Below are positions 10,107 through 19,958 of a DNA stretch of 64,000 nt, one piece after another. The notes below the pieces were generated by a model. That model ran no database searches and was not told where the DNA came from. It worked only from the letters and a program-made list of their open reading frames with translations. Source of the DNA: Desulfatiglandales bacterium (GTDB lineage: Bacteria > Desulfobacterota > DSM-4660 > Desulfatiglandales > Desulfatiglandaceae); NCBI GenBank assembly GCA_963662465.1, contig OY759599.1:7872001-7936000 (forward strand), read 5' to 3'. Position 1 is the stretch's first letter. Each line of letters starts with the position of its first letter. Made by a program: the position numbers and the translations under genes.

Positions 10107-11036
10107 CTAAATAGCCCCCATTTTCTTCAACTGACTGACAATATCCGCCTCCGCCATGAAGCCCATGTGGTGATGAACTTTTTTGCCTGCCTTGTCGAAA
10201 AAGACCTGCACCGGTACGGCGCGGACGTTGAACCGTTGCGCCAGCATCTGGTTGTCCCTGACCGGGATAGAAACCACATTGATGCTGCCGGCATATTTCT
10301 TTTTGAGTTTTTTAACAATGGGTTTCATCATCTCGCAGGGGCCACACCCCGCTGCGCTGAACTGGACCATGGTGGCTTTCCCCGACAATCGTGCACGGTC
10401 CAGGGGGTTGTCCCTGGCCATTGCCACCTGTTTTTTGACCCAGTCCCCGTTGATTTTCATGTGACTCTTTTGGGCCAGCTCTTGAATATGGGTTTCCAGT
10501 GCCGCCTGTTTTTTTTGCTCCATTAAGAGTTGTTCAATGCTGCCTTTCACCTGATCAAAGGGCATTGTGCCGACCATATCCCGGTTTTCATCGTAAAAGG
10601 TTCTGGCGGCCTTTTCCGTTACCGTTACATCCTTGGTGATGCGATCGATATAGGCTTGAAACATTTTCTCATCGGCGGATTCCGTTGCGATACCCATGGA
10701 CGCTGCATCTTCCTTGATCAGTCTTTGGATAACCTCCTGATCCAACAGAAACAGCATGTTTTTCTCCAGTTGTTTCCGAACTTCAGGGGCCATTTGCGCC
10801 AATATTCCTTTCACAAAGGACTCCTGGATTTTGAAACGGTCGGTCTGAAGGAGCAGACCCTTATCCATCTTGACCAGCCTGGCGGATTTTAGTATCCCAT
10901 CGGCATAGTCGGGATAGGTTTCCGCCAGGGTGGGGGACTCGGCTGTCAGCGCCATGGAAATGGGCGTTGTCGTCCAGAAAATGGCGCCAATTATGAGGAT
11001 GGTAATAATCCATTGCAACCGTTGTTGTTTTTTCAT
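10107..11036 (-). CDS. Exported protein with SurA-like helical region and C-terminal thioredoxin domain
   Basis: Signal peptide; VTVTEKAARTFYDEN..PFDQVK; CGPC active site and cis-Pro motif AVPVQVFFD. Confidence 0.8.
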   Translation of the reverse strand: MKKQQRLQWIITILIIGAIFWTTTPISMALTAESPTLAETYPDYADGILKSARLVKMDKGLLLQTDRFKIQESFVKGILAQMAPEVRKQLEKNMLFLLDQEVIQRLIKEDAASMGIATESADEKMFQAYIDRITKDVTVTEKAARTFYDENRDMVGTMPFDQVKGSIEQLLMEQKKQAALETHIQELAQKSHMKINGDWVKKQVAMARDNPLDRARLSGKATMVQFSAAGCGPCEMMKPIVKKLKKKYAGSINVVSIPVRDNQMLAQRFNVRAVPVQVFFDKAGKKVHHHMGFMAEADIVSQLKKMGAI

Positions 11037-11262
11037 CGTTTTTTTGCTCCTCTTAAAATTATATATTCATATCTGGTAATATAGTTTTTATGCCCGGATT
11101 GTCAACCTGTTTTTGCCGAATCGAGAACCCGATACCATTTGACAGTATAAGGCAATAAGGGTACAAGTCAATCTTCTTGTCGGTTGAAAAAGGCTGGGGA
11201 ATCATCAGCACCTGTTCAAGGGTGTTTTCTTTAAAGTTCAATGAGATATATGGGGTTTTGAT

Positions 11263-14121
11263 GTGAAGATAAAAATATGGATCGGTTGCGCGCTTCTGTT
11301 CGTTCTGTTGGCTTTTTCCCTGGTGTCTATCTATCCGGATTGGCTTTGGTTTGAAAATTTAGGCTTTTCATCGGTTTTTCGGACCATGATGATTGCCCGA
11401 TTCGGGTTTGGCGCGGCCGTCTGGATTTTTCTGATCCTGATTATTACCGTTAATCTCCATGTGGCCAGGCGTCTGAGTCCGGCTCCCGGTTCCGGAAGCC
11501 CTTTTAAAGAGGGCGCCGGTTATGCGGCCCAGATGGGCGTTTCCATTAAAACCTTGAATGTCCTCTTTCTGGCCCTGATCCTCATTGCCAGCTTTGTGCT
11601 GGCCTCCAAGGGTTCCCTGAAATGGGATCTGGTTCTGCGCTATCTCTACCAGGAGCCCTTTGGGGGAAATGACCCCATCTTTGGGCGGGATATGGGGTTT
11701 TATGTTTTTGTCCTGCCATTCTATGCGTTTATCCGGAACGGATTGCTGGTGCTTTTTCTGTTTGCCGCCGGGTTGACCCTGATCTGGTATTTGAAAAACG
11801 GGGCGCTGCAACTGGTGGGTGAAATTACCCAGGAGGAAGGAAAACCCCCATCGCTTCCCAAAATCTCAGTGGCGCCCGGGGTGGGCAGACACCTGGCGTT
11901 TCTGGCCGGCATTATGGTGTTGTTGCTGAGCTGGGGTTACCGGCTGAAGATTTATGGTCTGTTGTATTCAACCCAGGGACCCGCATTCGGCGCCAGTTAC
12001 ACGGATGTGCATGTGAAGGTGTTGGCGTATAAAGCTTTGATTGTCATATCCATCGCCTTTGCCGCCCTTCTTTTTTTCAATGCCTTCAAACCCGGAATGA
12101 AACGGCTTTTGATTGGGGGAGGGGTTTGGGTGGCTTCCATACTGGTGTTGACCGGCATTCTGCCCATGACCATTCAGAAGGTGGTGGTGAAACCCAATGA
12201 GTTCTCAAAGGAATCTCAATATATTTCCCACAATATCGCTTTCACCCGAGAGGCCTACAACCTGAACAAGATCAAGGAGGTCAGCTTCGAGGTCAATGAC
12301 AATTTGAGCCTGGAAGAGGTGAAGCAACAGCGGGTCACCATGCAGAATATCCGAATCTGGGATGAACGGCCGTTGCTCAAGACCTACCAGCAGATTCAAT
12401 CCATAAGACTTTACTATGACTTCAACAATGTGGATGTGGATCGCTACATGATCGAGGGACAGTACCGCCAGCTCATGCTGGCGGCAAGGGAACTGGTGGT
12501 GAAAAAGCTTCCGGCCCAGGCCAATACCTGGGTCAACCGTCATCTGACCTACACCCACGGTTACGGTTTGGCCGCAAGTCCGGTCAATGAAGTCACCCGT
12601 GAAGGGCTGCCAAGGCTTTTTATCAAGGACCTGCCCCCCGTCAGTGAGGCGGGACTGCAAAAAATAGACCGGCCCGAGATCTATTACGGCGAGATGACGG
12701 ACCAGTATGTGCTGGTTAAGACCACCAGCAAGGAGTTCGATTTTCCAAAAGGCGATAAAAACGTTTATTCCGTGTATCAGGGCAAGGGGGGGGTGCCCGT
12801 CAACTCGTTCATCCGGCGGTTCCTCTACGCCGTCAGTTTCCGGGATCCCCAGATATTCTTCACCAACTATCTGACGCCTGAAAGTCGCATCATGTACAAC
12901 CGCCGCATCAAGCGTCGGGTCAAAGCCATTGCGCCGTTTCTCTCCTATGACAGGGATCCCTATATGGTGCTTTCCGAAGGGAAACTCTACTGGATACTCG
13001 ATGCATACACCACGTCGGACATGTACCCCTACTCTACCCGAAGCTACAGCCCCTTTGACCGGAACATCCTTAACTATGTCCGGAATTCCGTTAAGGTGGT
13101 CATTGACGCCTATAATGGGGATGTCGGTTTTTATCGTCTGGACGAACAGGATCCCATTGCCCGGGCCTACAGCCGAATTTTCCCCGACCTTTTCAAACTC
13201 TTTGGCGACATGCCGGGAGATTTGAAACGCCATATTCGTTACCCCAAGGATTTGTTTCATATCCAGGCGGCCACTTATACGCGGTATCATATGGAAGATG
13301 TTCAGGTTTTTTACAATCAGGAAGATTTATGGCAGCTTCCCGATGAAATGTACGGCGACAGCCGACAGAAACTGGAGCCCTATTATATTATCATTAAATT
13401 GCCCGAAGGGGAGAAAGAGGAATTTCTCCTGATGCTCCCCTTTACCCCTTCCAAAAAGGACAACATGATCGGATGGTTGGCGGCCAGAAGCGATCTGCCC
13501 GAATACGGACGTCTGATTGTTTACAAGCTGCCCAAGGAAAAGCTGGTCTACGGACCCATGCAGATTGAGGCCAGGGTGGACCAGCAGACCGATATCTCCA
13601 GTGAGTTGAGCCTGTGGGATCAAAAGGGGTCGCGTGTTATTCGCGGGAACCTTCTGGCCATCCCCGTGTGCGATGCTTTTGTGTACGTGGAACCCATCTA
13701 CCTGGAGGCCAAGCAGGAAGATGTGCCCAGACCCTCTTCAGGTGAGCAACCCTCGGGGGGACTTCAGAAACTCAGGTCAAAACTGGGGTCGGCGTCATCG
13801 GGAGATGATCCTTCCCGGGCCGCCTCCCTGCCCGAGTTGAAACGGGTGATTGTGGCTGTCGGCAACCGGGTAGCTATGGAACGGACCCTTGACCTGGCTT
13901 TGAGCCGTGTGCTTGGAAAAGGGATTTCGTCCGGGAAGACCGATGTGCCGGCCGCTACAAAGATTCTTGAAAGTTCGAATCTCGGAGCCCTGGCCCTTGA
14001 CTATTATAACCAGGCAAAGGCCAGTTTGCGTGAAGGCGATTGGGCCGGTTATGGGGAAAAACTTGAAAAACTTGAGGAAGTTCTGGAAAAAATTGCCGGG
14101 AAGAGAGATGGGGAAAAATAA
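11263..14121 (+). CDS. UPF0182 family membrane protein
   Basis: DWLWF..LGF, DPIFGRD.GFY.F.LP, NIRIWD, DVDRY, YTHGYG, NYVRNSVK.VIDAY.G. Confidence 0.93.
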   Translation: MKIKIWIGCALLFVLLAFSLVSIYPDWLWFENLGFSSVFRTMMIARFGFGAAVWIFLILIITVNLHVARRLSPAPGSGSPFKEGAGYAAQMGVSIKTLNVLFLALILIASFVLASKGSLKWDLVLRYLYQEPFGGNDPIFGRDMGFYVFVLPFYAFIRNGLLVLFLFAAGLTLIWYLKNGALQLVGEITQEEGKPPSLPKISVAPGVGRHLAFLAGIMVLLLSWGYRLKIYGLLYSTQGPAFGASYTDVHVKVLAYKALIVISIAFAALLFFNAFKPGMKRLLIGGGVWVASILVLTGILPMTIQKVVVKPNEFSKESQYISHNIAFTREAYNLNKIKEVSFEVNDNLSLEEVKQQRVTMQNIRIWDERPLLKTYQQIQSIRLYYDFNNVDVDRYMIEGQYRQLMLAARELVVKKLPAQANTWVNRHLTYTHGYGLAASPVNEVTREGLPRLFIKDLPPVSEAGLQKIDRPEIYYGEMTDQYVLVKTTSKEFDFPKGDKNVYSVYQGKGGVPVNSFIRRFLYAVSFRDPQIFFTNYLTPESRIMYNRRIKRRVKAIAPFLSYDRDPYMVLSEGKLYWILDAYTTSDMYPYSTRSYSPFDRNILNYVRNSVKVVIDAYNGDVGFYRLDEQDPIARAYSRIFPDLFKLFGDMPGDLKRHIRYPKDLFHIQAATYTRYHMEDVQVFYNQEDLWQLPDEMYGDSRQKLEPYYIIIKLPEGEKEEFLLMLPFTPSKKDNMIGWLAARSDLPEYGRLIVYKLPKEKLVYGPMQIEARVDQQTDISSELSLWDQKGSRVIRGNLLAIPVCDAFVYVEPIYLEAKQEDVPRPSSGEQPSGGLQKLRSKLGSASSGDDPSRAASLPELKRVIVAVGNRVAMERTLDLALSRVLGKGISSGKTDVPAATKILESSNLGALALDYYNQAKASLREGDWAGYGEKLEKLEEVLEKIAGKRDGEK

Positions 14122-14378
14122 TGGCGCCCGATGAATTTGGGAGAGATCCGGCCGTTCAAATGATGCGGCGGGTGTTTAAACGGATGGAAGCGGTGCAGGA
14201 GCGATTGATTGCGCAGGCCGGGCTTTCCCGCTTCGATGAAAGGCTCAGAAACGTGCGCACCTCGGCATTAACGGCTTTTGAGCAGGCCTGGGGCGAGAGG
14301 GCCGGGCGGGGTGAAGCTTTGACTGAAGCGGATTATGCAAAGGTTTACGAGGCTTGCTTTCTTAACATGCTGGGATAG
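14121..14378 (+). CDS. Hypothetical protein
   Basis: Start overlaps the upstream stop; plausible helical protein. Confidence 0.6.
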   Translation: MAPDEFGRDPAVQMMRRVFKRMEAVQERLIAQAGLSRFDERLRNVRTSALTAFEQAWGERAGRGEALTEADYAKVYEACFLNMLG

Positions 14379-14392
14379 GAGGAGCGTTTCAC

Positions 14393-14728
14393 ATGGTCAC
14401 CCTTCGTCTTTTCGGACGTTGCAGAATTTATCATGATCCCGTGAGTCCGGTGTTGAAAGCGCCGGCCCAAATCGGTTGGGATGCCTGGTTCAGGAATATC
14501 GATCTGGTGACCCCCCGTCGTCTGAAGGGCAGGGAACTGCTTATGCGGACCCGCGGCTGGTGGACCCGAGAACCTGCTGAAATTGCTGATATTGTGGGGC
14601 AGTATGGAAAGTTGGTGGTGGGTCCTAAGGGGGAGTTGATGGTGGAGATGACTGATGAGGCGACCGCAAAGGCCCTTTCGGAAGCATTGCAGGTTGCCTT
14701 TGGCGACCAGGTTTTCTTGAGTCCCTAG
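14393..14728 (+). CDS. Hypothetical protein
   Basis: Strong AGGAGG RBS; co-oriented with the upstream genes. Confidence 0.65.
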   Translation: MVTLRLFGRCRIYHDPVSPVLKAPAQIGWDAWFRNIDLVTPRRLKGRELLMRTRGWWTREPAEIADIVGQYGKLVVGPKGELMVEMTDEATAKALSEALQVAFGDQVFLSP

Positions 14729-14756
14729 CGCCTTTTGTATTGATGGATATGCGAAT

Positions 14757-14803
14757 GAACGTCCAACATTGAACATCGAAGGGATGTTAAAGGTTGGACG
14801 TTC
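14757..14803. terminator. Inverted repeat between convergent genes (possible bidirectional terminator)
   Basis: GAACGTCCAAC ... GTTGGACGTTC perfect 11-bp arms with a further imperfect inner stem. Confidence 0.6.
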
Positions 14804-14811
14804 GCAGTCTT

Positions 14812-15309
14812 CTATTCGTCCGCCACACTCGCCTTGATGATGGTGATGGTTTCAAGGGGAACATCCGCATGGGGGCCTTTGTTGCCGGTGGCAACGCCTT
14901 TCATTTTATTGATGACCCCATGTCCCTTGGCGACCTTTCCGAACACAGCGTATCCCCACCCCTGGGCGGTTTTGGCCGTATGATTCAGAAAATCGTTCTT
15001 TTTGACATTGATAAAGAACTGGTTTGTGGCGCTGTTGGGATCCGGTGTACGGGCCATGGCAACGGTATAGGCGTCGTTTTTCAGCATGTTGTCCGCTTCA
15101 TTGACAATGGGGCTTTTCGTGGGTTTCTGTTCCATGTCTTCCGTGAAGCCGCCTCCCTGGATCATAAAACCGTCGATGACCCGGTGAAAGATGGTGCCGT
15201 CATAATGACCGTCATTGACATAGGCCAGAAAGTTTTCCGTTGACTTTGGGGCTTTTTCTTCGTCAAGCTCCAGAAAAATGTCGCCCATACTGGTCTCTAA
15301 TTTTACCAT
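14812..15309 (-). CDS. ppiB: Cyclophilin-type peptidyl-prolyl cis-trans isomerase
   Basis: FHRVIDGFMIQGGG, VAMART.DPNSATNQFFIN, GYAVFGKV. Confidence 0.93.
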   Translation of the reverse strand: MVKLETSMGDIFLELDEEKAPKSTENFLAYVNDGHYDGTIFHRVIDGFMIQGGGFTEDMEQKPTKSPIVNEADNMLKNDAYTVAMARTPDPNSATNQFFINVKKNDFLNHTAKTAQGWGYAVFGKVAKGHGVINKMKGVATGNKGPHADVPLETITIIKASVADE

Positions 15310-15491
15310 GTTGTTTGAATCCTTTCCCGGCGGGCGGTTGCCCGCGCTTTGAAATGGGCTGGAATATTAGGGGAAACAGCCCGAAAAAATGGTTTTGATG
15401 CGTGAAAACGCATCGCCGTTAAATTCAAAAAAAGTAATCATGATCTTTTAAAATGCAAATTCACCCGTCAGGTTTTTACAGGAGATCCAAA

Positions 15492-15681
15492 ATGCATGAG
15501 TTGACCGGAGGACAGAAAGCCCGTTGCGGTCAGGGAATTCAAGGCCATCACCGACGCCCTTTCCATCAAAGGGGAGTACCGTCTCAATGGAAAAACGGGG
15601 ATGGCCCTTGAACGCTGCCTGCTCAATCTGAGTCCGGAAATATATGGTTCCATGAATGATCCCAGGGTTGTGGAACTCAAC
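15492..15681 (+). pseudogene. N-terminal fragment of a conserved hypothetical protein (DUF6909-like), frameshifted and truncated
   Basis: RBS plus ATG at 15492; the shifted frame reads ALERCLLNLSPEIYGSMNDPRVVELN and then breaks. Confidence 0.45.
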
Positions 15682-15808
15682 CAAAGATCCTGGGTCCCGG
15701 ATCCTGATCATTTATTTTTTTCAATGAATTGATCAAATTTTTTGAGTATTGACAAGATATAATAATCGGATTATTAGCCGACTTATTCTCTGATATTGGA
15801 GGACCCAT

Positions 15809-16081
15809 GTGATGCGAGCCACAGGTTACCTATCGGCAACGGCGCTCTCAAAAAAAACGTCCGCCACATTGGCGGCATTGGAGAAAGGGGAAGCTGAAAG
15901 GCTGATTATTCTGAAGAACAATACGCCTAAAGCCGTCTTACTTTCCATTGAGCATTATGAAGACATGCAGGAAGAGATGGAAGATCTCCGCTTATCGGCG
16001 CTGGCGTTTGCCCGGCTGGAAACCCTGGAGGAAAAGAAAGTCCTGTCCCATGCATATATTCAGGGAAAGTTCGGCAAATGA
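15809..16081 (+). CDS. Phd/YefM-family antitoxin
   Basis: LIILKNNTPKAVLLSIEHYEDM..EMEDL; TTGACA..TATAAT-like promoter upstream. Confidence 0.85.
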   Translation: MMRATGYLSATALSKKTSATLAALEKGEAERLIILKNNTPKAVLLSIEHYEDMQEEMEDLRLSALAFARLETLEEKKVLSHAYIQGKFGK

Positions 16082-16150
16082 CGTGGCGAATCCTATACCA
16101 TCATTTGGTTGAGGAGGATTTGGAAAGCATCGGACCATCCGCCGCGCCGT
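16078..16150 (+). pseudogene. RelE-type toxin, 5' stub only
   Basis: ATGA overlap with the antitoxin stop; MTWRILYHHLVEEDLESIGPSAA, then unrelated sequence. Confidence 0.6.
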
Positions 16151-16245
16151 TTACCCTGGATCACGGGAAATCGGGGGACGTTATTATTCTTGACGGGTCG
16201 GAATTGAATGTTTAAACGTCAAGGGGTCGTCGAGAGGAGGTTGCC

Positions 16246-16497
16246 ATGGCTGAAGCCATCTTGGATATCAAGCAGTGGGGAAACAATTTGGGTGTTCGCC
16301 TGCCTGCCGCAGTGGTGCGTGCAGCGTATTTATATGTCGACCAACGTGTTCGCATATCAGTTGAAGATGGGGACATTGTGATTCGGCCTGTAGAGGATGC
16401 TGAACCGAGACTGGAACAACGCCTGGCTCGGTTTGACCCGGCCCGGCATGGCGGCGAGGTTATGCAGGGTCAGGTTGCTGGGGCTGAGGTGTGGTAA
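16246..16497 (+). CDS. MazE/AbrB-family antitoxin (cognate toxin missing)
   Basis: IKQWGNNLGVRLPAAV...RVRISVEDGDIVIRP...FDPARHGGE. Confidence 0.85.
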   Translation: MAEAILDIKQWGNNLGVRLPAAVVRAAYLYVDQRVRISVEDGDIVIRPVEDAEPRLEQRLARFDPARHGGEVMQGQVAGAEVW

Positions 16498-16558
16498 CGA
16501 CAGGCAAAAAAGCCAAAGGCAGTCGCCCGTGGGTGCTGGCTCGCCTACTATGTTGATT

Positions 16559-16753
16559 ATGCCAAGAAAGATTAAACAACTGATAAAAGAGCTTGAAAAA
16601 GCGGGTTTTGTTAACCGGGGCGGTAAGGGGAACCATCCCAATTTTATTCATCCCAAAGGGGTTGCAATGACAATTTCTGGAAATCTTGGGGATGATGCGA
16701 AACGTTATCAAGTAAAAGAAGTTGGAATTAAAATAAAGAGGTCCAAAAGATGA
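16559..16753 (+). CDS. hicA: HicA-family toxin
   Basis: MPRKIKQLIKELEKAGFVNRGGKGNH.NF.HP. Confidence 0.85.
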   Translation: MPRKIKQLIKELEKAGFVNRGGKGNHPNFIHPKGVAMTISGNLGDDAKRYQVKEVGIKIKRSKR

Positions 16754-17148
16754 AAAAGAAAGACCATTATCTAAAAATTGTTGAATGGTCGGATGAAGAT
16801 CAATGCTATATTGGTTCAATCCCCGGATGGATCGGTAAATGCTGTCATGGCGATAACGAAGAGGATGTTTATCGCCAATTATGTCAAATCCTTGAAGAAT
16901 GGATTGAAATTTACGGAGAGGATGAGATGCCATTGCCACGGAGTATTTCAGGGAAAAAATATTCTGGTAAATTCCAATTGCGAGTTGATAGCGATTTACA
17001 TAAGGCGCTTGCTATTAGAGCGATGCAAGAAAATGTAAGCTTAAATAGTTTTTGTGAAAAATTACTAAAGAATATGATTTTGAATTCGGATATATTCAGA
17101 ACTAACCATACTAATTCAGCCGACGCGAAAAGCCGCGCGGCTGATTAG
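16750..17148 (+). CDS. hicB: HicB-family antitoxin
   Basis: VEWSDEDQCYIG..P, CHGDN, KYSGKFQLRV..DLHK.LA..A. Confidence 0.88.
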   Translation: MKKKDHYLKIVEWSDEDQCYIGSIPGWIGKCCHGDNEEDVYRQLCQILEEWIEIYGEDEMPLPRSISGKKYSGKFQLRVDSDLHKALAIRAMQENVSLNSFCEKLLKNMILNSDIFRTNHTNSADAKSRAAD

Positions 17149-17159
17149 CGTCGTTGGAC
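17100..17159 (+). mobile_element. Integron attC recombination site (60 bp)
   Basis: R'' AACTAAC, 5-nt spacer, L'' TAATTCAG, central GC stem, L' CTGATTA, 5-nt spacer, R' GTTGGAC (GTTRRRY); two unpaired extra bases in the left arm. Confidence 0.8.
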
Positions 17160-17380
17160 GGAACAGAATCAAAGCTTGTGGCTTTATGGTTGGCATATTC
17201 CAGGTTTTTGACAATTAAGAAAGTTTCAGATATTCTCAACCTATTGCAGGTTTTTCAATGAAAAGGTCACCACAAGATATTGGTTATTGTCCAAACGGTT
17301 TTGTTTCCAGATGCTGTAATTGCCATCAGTAATTTGCTCAAACAAACCATTAACACCAAACCAGGAAAGGAGAACCGTAC

Positions 17381-17722
17381 ATGTCCATTGAAGGCGCAAA
17401 AGCATTTTTGGAAAGAATCAAAACCGACGAGGATTTCAGGAAGAGCGTCGGGGAAATTGCTACAGAGGAAGAACGCATGGAATACGTCAAAGGGGCAGGA
17501 TTTGATTTTACGAAAGATGAGATGGCAAATATTAAAGACGAACTTACGGAAGATGAGTTGTTACGGGTCTCAGGGGGCCGGTGGTCATTTGATTGCCAGG
17601 ATACAATTAATTTATGTGATAATGTGAATCATTCGTCAGCCTCAAATATTGGGAAGGTTTGCGAAAGAGGCAGGGATGGCCCTCGGTCTAGACCGGGAAG
17701 CCTCACGCCTTGCGCAGATTAA
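17381..17722 (+). CDS. Nif11-like leader peptide RiPP precursor
   Basis: MSIEGAKAFLERIKTDEDFRK...AGFDFT.DE...ELTEDELLRVSGG leader, then a Cys-containing core. Confidence 0.9.
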   Translation: MSIEGAKAFLERIKTDEDFRKSVGEIATEEERMEYVKGAGFDFTKDEMANIKDELTEDELLRVSGGRWSFDCQDTINLCDNVNHSSASNIGKVCERGRDGPRSRPGSLTPCAD

Positions 17723-18235
17723 TGCCGCGTATTCGCAATTTTATGAGGACATAGGCCAAGTGACGTTTAACGCCACCTCTTCGGGAAACCAGCAATAATT
17801 CCAACGTATTTGGAGGATAGAATCCACGTTAATATTCTCAATATATGTCAGATACGAGCGGCCCTGAGAGATGGAATCGATCTCAACGTTCGTTCAAGTC
17901 CCCGGATTTGATGATATCACAGATTTTTTTGATTTTTACGATATTTTGGTTTTTGAAAGTAGTTCAGTCCATGCCTACACACCTTTTGATTATTGTCCCT
18001 GAGCCATTGAGCAAACCCCTACTTGGCAAGTTGCTGAAAAAAAGTGATTCTTGGGTGACAATCGGATATGCATGCTTCCGTCCACCTTTTTGTTTTGAGA
18101 GCCGTGTGGTTGAATGACGGATCGGCTGGGAGTGATACACAAACATCAGGTGCAAGTCAAGCGGATCAGGCGGATCGTGTCGGTGATTTGGATGGAATTT
18201 GGCTTTCCCAAATAAATAGAAAGGAGTGAAAAAAG

Positions 18236-19540
18236 ATGAAAAAAAGAATCATATTCAACTTGGTACTGGTCGCGCTGTTAGTATTTGGGCAAAATCTATT
18301 TGCCGTTGAGGTGGCTTCGGAGGCCGACACATTTGAACCGGATGATGAGGGAATCGTATCGCCGCAAGGAGAGGAATCCTCGACGAACACCTTTTATGGA
18401 TTAAGTGCCGGAGAAAATACCGAGGGGTTGGTTCGCTACGACTCCTTTTTCGGAGCCCGTGCCGGGGCTTCTAATTCCTCTGGGTTTTGCAACTCATTTT
18501 TCGGACATGAATCCGGAGAGGAAAACACAGAAGGGTACAATAATTCCTTTTTCGGAAATGAATCCGGAAAGAAAAACACAGAAGGGTACAATAATTCCTT
18601 TTTCGGATATGGTACCGGGTTTTCTAACATCACCGGGAAGTACAACTCATTTTTCGGGATGTTTGCAGGCTTTAGTAACCTCACCGGCTTCCAAAACGCC
18701 TTTTTCGGATATAAGGCCGGCTATACTAACGAGACCGGGATGTACAACTCCTTTTTCGGAAACGAGGCCGGGTTTTCTAACACCGGGCACTTCAACTCCT
18801 TTTTCGGATGGCGTGCCGGATATAAAAATGATCAGGGATTTGGAAACGTTTTTTCCGGAATGGATGCCGGGTTTAATAACACCACTGGGGACGAAAACTC
18901 TTGTTTCGGGTATCTTGCCGGGGTTTCTAACGAGACCGGGAACCAAAACGCCTTTTTCGGAGGGCATGCAGGACGTAGTAATAAGGAGGGCTCGGGAAAC
19001 GTCTTCTTGGGTTACAAAGCAGGATATAACGAGACCGGATCAGAAAGGCTTTACATTGCTAATTCAAGCACCGATACGCCCCTCATTTACGGGGAATTCG
19101 ATAACAGATTTGTGAAGATCAATGCCAATTTTACGGCAACCGCCACATCCATTTCCTCTGATATACGCTGGAAGAAGAACGTGCAGCTGCTTAAATCCTC
19201 CCTGGCCAGCGTATCCGCGCTTCAGGGAGTGAGCTATGAATGGAAAATGAACGAATACCGGAACCAGGCTTTTAAGGAAGGCCGACAGATCGGTTTGGTG
19301 GCCCAGGATGTGGAAAAGGTGCTACCGGAGCTGGTATCTGAAGATACAGAGGGCTACAAGGCTGTATCTTACGCCAAGCTGACTGCCGTGCTGGTAGAGG
19401 CAGTTAAGGAATTAAAGGCTCAGAATGAAATACAAAAAGCTGAGGATGCTGAAATCCGAAGCGAGAACAAATCACTTATAGCCGAGAATGCCATCCTTAA
19501 AAAGGATATTGATAAGATTAAAAAGATCCTTGGCATTTAA
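18236..19540 (+). CDS. Secreted beta-helix repeat protein with C-terminal Peptidase_S74 (intramolecular chaperone) domain
   Basis: Signal peptide; many 14-aa NSFFGxxAGxxNxx repeats; SSDIRWKKNV...GVSYEWK...IGLVAQDVEKVLPELV...VSYAKLTAVLVEAVKEL and a coiled coil. Confidence 0.88.
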   Translation: MKKRIIFNLVLVALLVFGQNLFAVEVASEADTFEPDDEGIVSPQGEESSTNTFYGLSAGENTEGLVRYDSFFGARAGASNSSGFCNSFFGHESGEENTEGYNNSFFGNESGKKNTEGYNNSFFGYGTGFSNITGKYNSFFGMFAGFSNLTGFQNAFFGYKAGYTNETGMYNSFFGNEAGFSNTGHFNSFFGWRAGYKNDQGFGNVFSGMDAGFNNTTGDENSCFGYLAGVSNETGNQNAFFGGHAGRSNKEGSGNVFLGYKAGYNETGSERLYIANSSTDTPLIYGEFDNRFVKINANFTATATSISSDIRWKKNVQLLKSSLASVSALQGVSYEWKMNEYRNQAFKEGRQIGLVAQDVEKVLPELVSEDTEGYKAVSYAKLTAVLVEAVKELKAQNEIQKAEDAEIRSENKSLIAENAILKKDIDKIKKILGI

Positions 19541-19705
19541 GCGCCTACAGTCAAACTGAGTTAAGCATCTCAGAATTATGGCTCAAACTGCTTTTGGGAT
19601 CTCATAAGGCCCACTCAACGATCCCGAACGTAATGGATATCTCAACCAATTTCTACCAGTCTAATGGTTGAGATACCATCATTGGTAGGGAGGCAGATTT
19701 AGGGT

Positions 19706-19958
19706 TAATACCCGTGAATGAATGACGTTCATCTTCATTGATTGATCTGTATTTTACCATGAAGGGCATAAAGACCATGAAGAAGTCCACTTTGAGGACT
19801 TGAAAAGGGATAGCTAGAATCGGATTAAATGATATTAATTGACATATCTTTATGATTTTGGGAAATCCGTTTCATCTTTTCACCGACCCTCTTCACGTCC
19901 TTCATGGTCTTCATGGTAGATTAAATAAAACATGAATCAAATTCATTCACGGGTATTG
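19706..19958. mobile_element. MITE (IS4-family-like ends) with 10-bp target-site duplication
   Basis: TIRs (T/C)AATACCCGTGAATGAAT with 17 bp perfectly matched; GATTTAGGGT duplicated at 19696-19705 and 19959-19968; no ORF. Confidence 0.85.

Noticed and set aside
12205..13290. Long antisense ORFs (also 55560-56729, 24892-25842, 5356-6105, 5958-6752)
   Set aside because: Shadows of well-supported genes on the opposite strand with no recognisable motifs
18400..19040. 42-bp periodic repeats as a CRISPR-like or template array
   Set aside because: They are in-frame coding repeats of a beta-helix protein
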